DNA from: an uncultured Actinomycetes bacterium
GTDB taxonomy: Bacteria > Actinomycetota > UBA4738 > HRBIN12
DNA: 64,000 bases
Reading direction: 5' to 3'
NCBI GenBank assembly: GCA_963704725.1
Contig: OY969934.1
Location: 2,080,001-2,144,000, forward strand
Positions 58,561-64,000 of the stretch are shown one piece after another. The notes below the pieces were generated by a model. The model was not told the DNA's origin and did no database searches. It worked only from the letters and a program-made list of their open reading frames with translations. Position numbers and translations under genes: made by a program. Position 1 is the first letter of the stretch; each line of letters opens with the position of its first letter.

Positions 58561-58919
58561 GACTGGCCTGCGGTCTCCTCGTCGGCCGAGCCGTCCTCGT
58601 CCTCGACGTACTCCTCGTCCTCGACGAAGCGCTGCGAGATCCCCTGACGGAGCATCCTCACCTTGATACCGGGCGCGATCTCCACGCTCACCACGCCCTC
58701 GTCGTCGTCGATCTCGACGAGCGTCCCGAAGATCCCGCCCGACGTCATGACCTCGTCCCCCACCTCGAGCGAGGACAGCAGCGCCTGCTGCGCCCGCTGC
58801 TTGGTCCGCTGCGGACGGATGAGGAGGAAGTAGAAGCCCACGATCATGAGCACCGGCAGGGCGAGCGCGGCCAGCGGGCTGCTTGCGTTGGTCTCGGCGG
58901 CGAGAAGATGGACGAGCAT
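58557..58919 (-). CDS. yajC: Preprotein translocase subunit YajC
   Basis: FYFLLIRPQ, GDEVMTSGGIFG. Confidence 0.95.
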   Translation of the reverse strand: MLVHLLAAETNASSPLAALALPVLMIVGFYFLLIRPQRTKQRAQQALLSSLEVGDEVMTSGGIFGTLVEIDDDEGVVSVEIAPGIKVRMLRQGISQRFVEDEEYVEDEDGSADEETAGQS

Positions 58920-59020
58920 GCTGGAAGGATCCTCCTGAGAGGTGACGAGGCAGCATACAGGCTCGCGGGCGGCCCGCCGCAGTCACGCCAGGGGTTCGCC
59001 GCCCGCCGCGCCGCGGTTCG

Positions 59021-60040
59021 CTACGCCAGCGGCAGGGCGCCCTCGGCCGTGACGCCGAGATGCCGGTAGGCCCGCTCGGTGGCCACCCGTCCCCGCGGCG
59101 TGCGCTGGAGGAACCCCAGCTGGAGCAGGTAAGGCTCGTACACGTCCTCGATCGTGTCGGTCTCCTCCCCCACGGCGGCCGCGATCGTCGACAGCCCCAC
59201 CGGCCCGCCGCCGAACTTGCCCACCAGCGTGCTGAGGATGGCCACGTCGAGCTTGTCGAGCCCCCGCTCGTCGACCTCGAACAGCTCGAGGCCGGCCCGG
59301 GCCACGTCGCCGGTCACGGCGCCGTCGTGGCGGACCTGGGCGAAGTCGCGGACCCGGCGGAGCAGTCGGTTCGCCACTCGAGGCGTGCCCCGGGACCGCA
59401 GCGCGATCTGCGCGGCGCCGTCCTCGTCGACGCCCACGGCCAGGATCCCCGCCGAGCGCACGACGATCCGCTCGAGGTCCTCGACCGAGTAGTAGTCCAG
59501 GCGCGGGGAGAAGCCGAAGCGCTCGCGGAGCGGCAGCGTGATCCTTCCGGGGCGCGTCGTCGCCCCCACGAGGGTGAACCGCGGCAGGTCGAGCCGGATG
59601 CTCCGGGCGCTCGGGCCCTTGCCGAGCACCACGTCGAGCTGGAAGTCCTCGAGCGCCGGGTACAGGACCTCCTCGACGGGGCGGGGCATGCGGTGGATCT
59701 CGTCGACGAACAGGACGTCGCCCTCCTCGAGGTTGGTCAGGATCGCGGCGAGGTCCCCGGGGCGGTCCAGCGCCGGGCCCGACGTCGGCTGGAACCCCAC
59801 GCCGAGCTCGTTCGCGACGATGCCGGCGAGCGTCGTCTTGCCCAGGCCGGGCGGCCCGGAGAACAACAGATGATCGACCGTCTCGCCGCGGGCGCGGGCC
59901 CCGTCGATCAGCAGCGCGAGCTGCTCCTTGATCCGGTCCTGGCCGACGAACTCGTCGATGCGGCGCGGGCGCAGGGCGGCGTCGAACTGCCGCTCGTCCT
60001 CGGGCAGGGCTGGATCGACGACCCGGCGCCCCTCCGTCAC
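59021..60040 (-). CDS. ruvB: Holliday junction helicase
   Basis: [29 protein letters not shown]. Confidence 0.98.
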   Translation of the reverse strand: MTEGRRVVDPALPEDERQFDAALRPRRIDEFVGQDRIKEQLALLIDGARARGETVDHLLFSGPPGLGKTTLAGIVANELGVGFQPTSGPALDRPGDLAAILTNLEEGDVLFVDEIHRMPRPVEEVLYPALEDFQLDVVLGKGPSARSIRLDLPRFTLVGATTRPGRITLPLRERFGFSPRLDYYSVEDLERIVVRSAGILAVGVDEDGAAQIALRSRGTPRVANRLLRRVRDFAQVRHDGAVTGDVARAGLELFEVDERGLDKLDVAILSTLVGKFGGGPVGLSTIAAAVGEETDTIEDVYEPYLLQLGFLQRTPRGRVATERAYRHLGVTAEGALPLA

Positions 60041-60609
60041 GACGCCCGCCCCACATGCTGGAGGGCCTCGCGCAGGAGATCCTCGACCGCGCGGTCGCCG
60101 TCGATCGTGAGACCGGACATCGCCTCGGAGGCCTCCTGCGTGGACAGGCCGAGCGCGAGGAGCGCCTCCCGCACATCCGAGAGCGGGCCCTCGAGCACGA
60201 CGACGTCCCCGCCGAGCTTGTCCCTCAGGTCGAGCACGACGCGCTGCGCCACCTTCCTGCCCACGCCCGGAACGATGGTCAGGGCCGCGACGTCGCCCGC
60301 TCGCACGGCGCGGCGCAGGGCGTCGGGGGCGAGCACCGACAGGAACGACAGCGCGACCTTGGGCCCGATGCCCGTCACCGTGACCAGGAGGTCGAACAGC
60401 TCTCGTTCGTCCGTGCTCGAGAAGCCGTACAGCGTCATGCCGTCGTCGCGGACGACCATCCGCGTGTGCAGCCGCACGGTCTTGCCGACCGGCGGCAGCT
60501 TCGCCAGCGTCGAGGAGGGCACCTGGACGTCGTACCCCACGCCGCCGACGGCGATCACGACGCGGCCGGCGGCCTTGTCGGCCACCTCGCCCTCGAGGAA
60601 CGCGATCAC
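60037..60609 (-). CDS. ruvA: Holliday junction binding protein
   Basis: GGVGY, LYGF, GIGPK, PGVGRK. Confidence 0.97.
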   Translation of the reverse strand: MIAFLEGEVADKAAGRVVIAVGGVGYDVQVPSSTLAKLPPVGKTVRLHTRMVVRDDGMTLYGFSSTDERELFDLLVTVTGIGPKVALSFLSVLAPDALRRAVRAGDVAALTIVPGVGRKVAQRVVLDLRDKLGGDVVVLEGPLSDVREALLALGLSTQEASEAMSGLTIDGDRAVEDLLREALQHVGRAS

Positions 60610-61112
60610 GTCGCCACCCGGGCCGCCCGCCGGAGCCGCGACTGCGTGAGGTGGCAGAGCGCGACGGCCACGGCGTCGGCGGCGTCGGCCTGGGTCGGGA
60701 CGTCTTTGAGCCCGTGCAGCCTCGCGAGCGCGTCGCGCACCTGCCCCTTGTCGGCGTTGCCCTGCCCGGTGATGGCCATCTTCACCTCGAGCGGACCGTA
60801 CTCCTCAACGGGGAGCCCGGCCTCTGCCGCGGCCAAGAGCACCACGCCGGTGGCCCGCGCGACGTGCATCGCGCTTCGCTGATTGGTGTTCCAGGCCACC
60901 CGTTCGACCGCCACGGCTTCGGGGCGGTGGGACGCGATCGCTTCGCGGATCGCCTCGTGCAGCGTTCGCAGCCGGCTCGCCTCGGGCGCGTCCGCCGGGG
61001 TTCGCACGGTGTCGGCGAACACGATCTCCAGCCGCCGCTCGCGCCGGGACACGACCGCGAGCCCGAGCGTGGTCAGCCCGGGATCGACCCCGAGCACGCA
61101 GGAATCGAACAC
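60606..61112 (-). CDS. ruvC: Holliday junction resolvase
   Basis: LGVDPG, AVE, VK...G.GNADK, DAADA. Confidence 0.97.
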   Translation of the reverse strand: MFDSCVLGVDPGLTTLGLAVVSRRERRLEIVFADTVRTPADAPEASRLRTLHEAIREAIASHRPEAVAVERVAWNTNQRSAMHVARATGVVLLAAAEAGLPVEEYGPLEVKMAITGQGNADKGQVRDALARLHGLKDVPTQADAADAVAVALCHLTQSRLRRAARVAT

Positions 61113-61120
61113 CTGTTCAG
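61105..61120. promoter_or_regulatory. LexA (SOS) box TCGAAC-ACCT-GTTCAG over the ruvC start
   Basis: Near match to the actinobacterial TCGAAC-N4-GTTCGA; adjacent TAGACT -10, leaderless start. Confidence 0.75.
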
Positions 61121-61158
61121 TCTAGGGAGCCCGGAGCACCCAGGCAAACACCCGGGCC

Positions 61159-61917
61159 CTAACCCGACAGCTCCGCCATCACCGACTCGGGGATGTCGAA
61201 GTTCGCGTACACGCTCTGGGTGTCGTCGAGCTCCTCGAGCGCCTCGAGCAGCGCGAGCACCTGCTTGGCCTGGCCGCCCTCGACGGGGATCGTGTTCTGC
61301 GGGACCATCGTCAGCTCCGCCGAGAGCATGGCGACCCCGGCCGCCGAGATCGTGTCACGCACGGCGCCGAACGCCGTCGGGTCCGTCGTGATCTCCCAGG
61401 TGCTCTCGGCGTCGCTGAGGTCGTCGGCCCCGGCCTCCAGGGCGATCTCGAGCAGCTTGTCCTCGTCGGGCGCCGCGTCCTTCTCGATCTGGATGAGGCC
61501 CTTGCGCTGGAACATCCAGGCGGTGCTCCCGGACTCGCCGAGGTTGCCGTTGTTGCGCGTGAACGCGTGGCGGACCTCCTGCGCGGTCCGGTTGCGGTTG
61601 TCCGTCAGCGTCTCGACGTACAGCGCCACGCCGCCCGGCCCGTACCCCTCGTACGCGACCTCCTCGTACCGCGCGCCGCCCTCGAGCTCGCCGGTCCCCC
61701 GCTTGATGGCCCGGTCGATGTTGTCCACGGGCACCGACGCCGCGCGGGCCTTGTCGATGGCCGAGGCGAGCGTCATGTTCGCCTTCGGGTCGCCGCTCCC
61801 GCCCTCGCGGGCCGAGACCTCCACGAACCGCAGCAGCTTGGCGAACTCGTTGCTGCGCTTGGCGTCGGCGGCGCCCTTCTTGCGCTTGATCGTCGCCCAC
61901 TTGGAATGGCCGGACAT
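61159..61917 (-). CDS. yebC: YebC/PmpR family protein
   Basis: MSGHSKWATIK, YEGYGPGG, TDNRNRT. Confidence 0.97.
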   Translation of the reverse strand: MSGHSKWATIKRKKGAADAKRSNEFAKLLRFVEVSAREGGSGDPKANMTLASAIDKARAASVPVDNIDRAIKRGTGELEGGARYEEVAYEGYGPGGVALYVETLTDNRNRTAQEVRHAFTRNNGNLGESGSTAWMFQRKGLIQIEKDAAPDEDKLLEIALEAGADDLSDAESTWEITTDPTAFGAVRDTISAAGVAMLSAELTMVPQNTIPVEGGQAKQVLALLEALEELDDTQSVYANFDIPESVMAELSG

Positions 61918-61920
61918 CGA

Positions 61921-62477
61921 TCACACCTTCCCGAGGAGGTACTCGTGCAGGCGGGTCTCTCCCGCCAGCTCCGGATGGAAGGATGCCACGAGCAGCCGTC
62001 CCTGCTCCAGGACGACGGGACGTCCCTCGTGCTCGGCGAGGACGCGGACGCCCTGGCCGACGTCCTCGACGACGGGCGCCCGGATGAACACCCCCCGCAC
62101 GGGGTGGTCGACGCCTTCGACGTCGAGGTCGGCCTCGAACGAGTCGACCTGCCGGCCGTACGCGTTGCGGCGGACGGTGATGTCGACGAGGCGAAGGAGC
62201 GGCTCGAGCCCCCGGACGCGCTCGGCCATCACGATCATCCCGGCGCAGGTGCCGAGGATCGGCATGCCGGCGTTCGCGCGCTCGACGATCGGCCCCACGA
62301 GGCCGGTGCTGCGAGCGAGCTTGGAGATCGTGGTCGACTCGCCGCCGGGGATCGCCAGGCAGTCCACGCGCGCGAGATCCTCGGGGGTCCGGACCTCGAT
62401 CGGCGTGGCGCCGGCGTCGGCGAACGCCCTCGCGTGCTCCCGGAAGTCGCCCTGGAGGGCGAGGACGCCGGCCTTCA

Positions 62478-62478
<1 letters not shown>
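61921..62478 (-). CDS. pdxT: PLP synthase glutaminase subunit
   Basis: GVLALQGDF, PGGEST, GTCAG, FIRAP, FHPE. Confidence 0.97.
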
Positions 62479-63365
<887 letters not shown>

Positions 63366-63473
63366 GGGTCTCCCCTCCTTCGGATCGAACGTCCTGCTCA
63401 CCGAGTGTACCGCCGCCCTCTCGAGCGGCTCACGGTCCAGTTGGACCGAGGCTCGAGCGTACGATGCCCCGAC

Positions 63474-64000
63474 GTGGGAGCGAGCGGACGGCCGGGCGCG
63501 ATCGCGCTCTACGAGCTGAAGACACGGGTCGCGGCCATGCCCGCGCTGGCGCTGCCGTTCGCCCGGGCCCGCGGCCGGGGCGAGGTGATCGATCGCGACA
63601 CCGACGTCGTGATCGAGAGCTTCCCCCGGTGCGCCTCCTCGTTCGCGGTCGCCGCCTTCCGCCTGGCGCAGGAGCCGCGCGCGACGCGGATCGCGAACCA
63701 CACGCACATGCCGGCGCAGGTGCTGCTCGCGGCCCGGCGGGGCGTGCCGGCGCTCGTGCTCACCCGCGAGCCCGAGGCCGCGGTCCTGTCCCACGTCGTC
63801 CACACGCCGAGCCTGTCGATCGCGGCCTCGCTTCGGGGATACGTGCGGTTCCACGAGCCGCTCCTTCGCGCCCGGGGCGACTTCGTGGTCGGGACCTTCG
63901 ACGAGGTCGTGCACGACTTCGGCGCCGTGATCCGCCGTCTCAACGACCGCTTCGCCACGTCGTTCCGGCCGTTCGAGCACACGGCAGCGAACCTGGAGCG
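63474..64000 (+). CDS. Sulfotransferase-fold-like hypothetical protein, truncated by window edge
   Basis: Manual translation from GTG 63474: ..[36 protein letters not shown]; TACGAT -10 just upstream; absent from the ORF track. Confidence 0.6.
   Translation, partial: MGASGRPGAIALYELKTRVAAMPALALPFARARGRGEVIDRDTDVVIESFPRCASSFAVAAFRLAQEPRATRIANHTHMPAQVLLAARRGVPALVLTREPEAAVLSHVVHTPSLSIAASLRGYVRFHEPLLRARGDFVVGTFDEVVHDFGAVIRRLNDRFATSFRPFEHTAANLE

Overview
High-GC, monoderm Actinomycetota-type chromosome segment. The backbone is the conserved minus-strand housekeeping run pdxS-pdxT-yebC-ruvCAB-yajC-(HD)-secDF-apt-relA-dtd-MBL-hisS-aspS-rarA ... alaS-ruvX-mltG-aroE ... aroC-aroK-aroB-aroQ-pepQ. Three accessory blocks interrupt it: (i) a type IVa pilus cluster (pilB, pilT, pilC, two major pilins, three minor pilins, pilD, pilMNO and a PilP-like gene; no pilQ) preceded by a Roadblock/LC7-like protein and a zinc-ribbon STAND ATPase; (ii) a plus-strand chemosensory operon (cheA-cheW-mcp-mcp-cheY-cheB-cheR-cheX); (iii) a glycan cluster headed by an O-antigen-ligase-like gene. 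Two things stand out. First, a recurring sigma28 (FliA/WhiG)-like promoter motif, about TCAAG-N14/15-RCCGAW, precedes genes in all three accessory blocks, whereas backbone genes carry TANNNT -10 boxes; this suggests one pilus/chemotaxis/glycosylation regulon. Second, inside the pilus cluster two near-identical small Xis/BldC-like HTH genes are coupled to pilM and preceded by an in-phase 9-bp repeat array covering their promoter plus a pure-looking AT-rich palindrome. Also present: a vapBC module with its operator inside the aro operon, a vapC remnant, an ~868-bp exact duplication between the MCPs, a Cys-pair repeat insertion in SecD, and nine single-base indels (including in hisS and aspS) that look like assembly errors. 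All calls are from reading motifs by eye; no database search was run.
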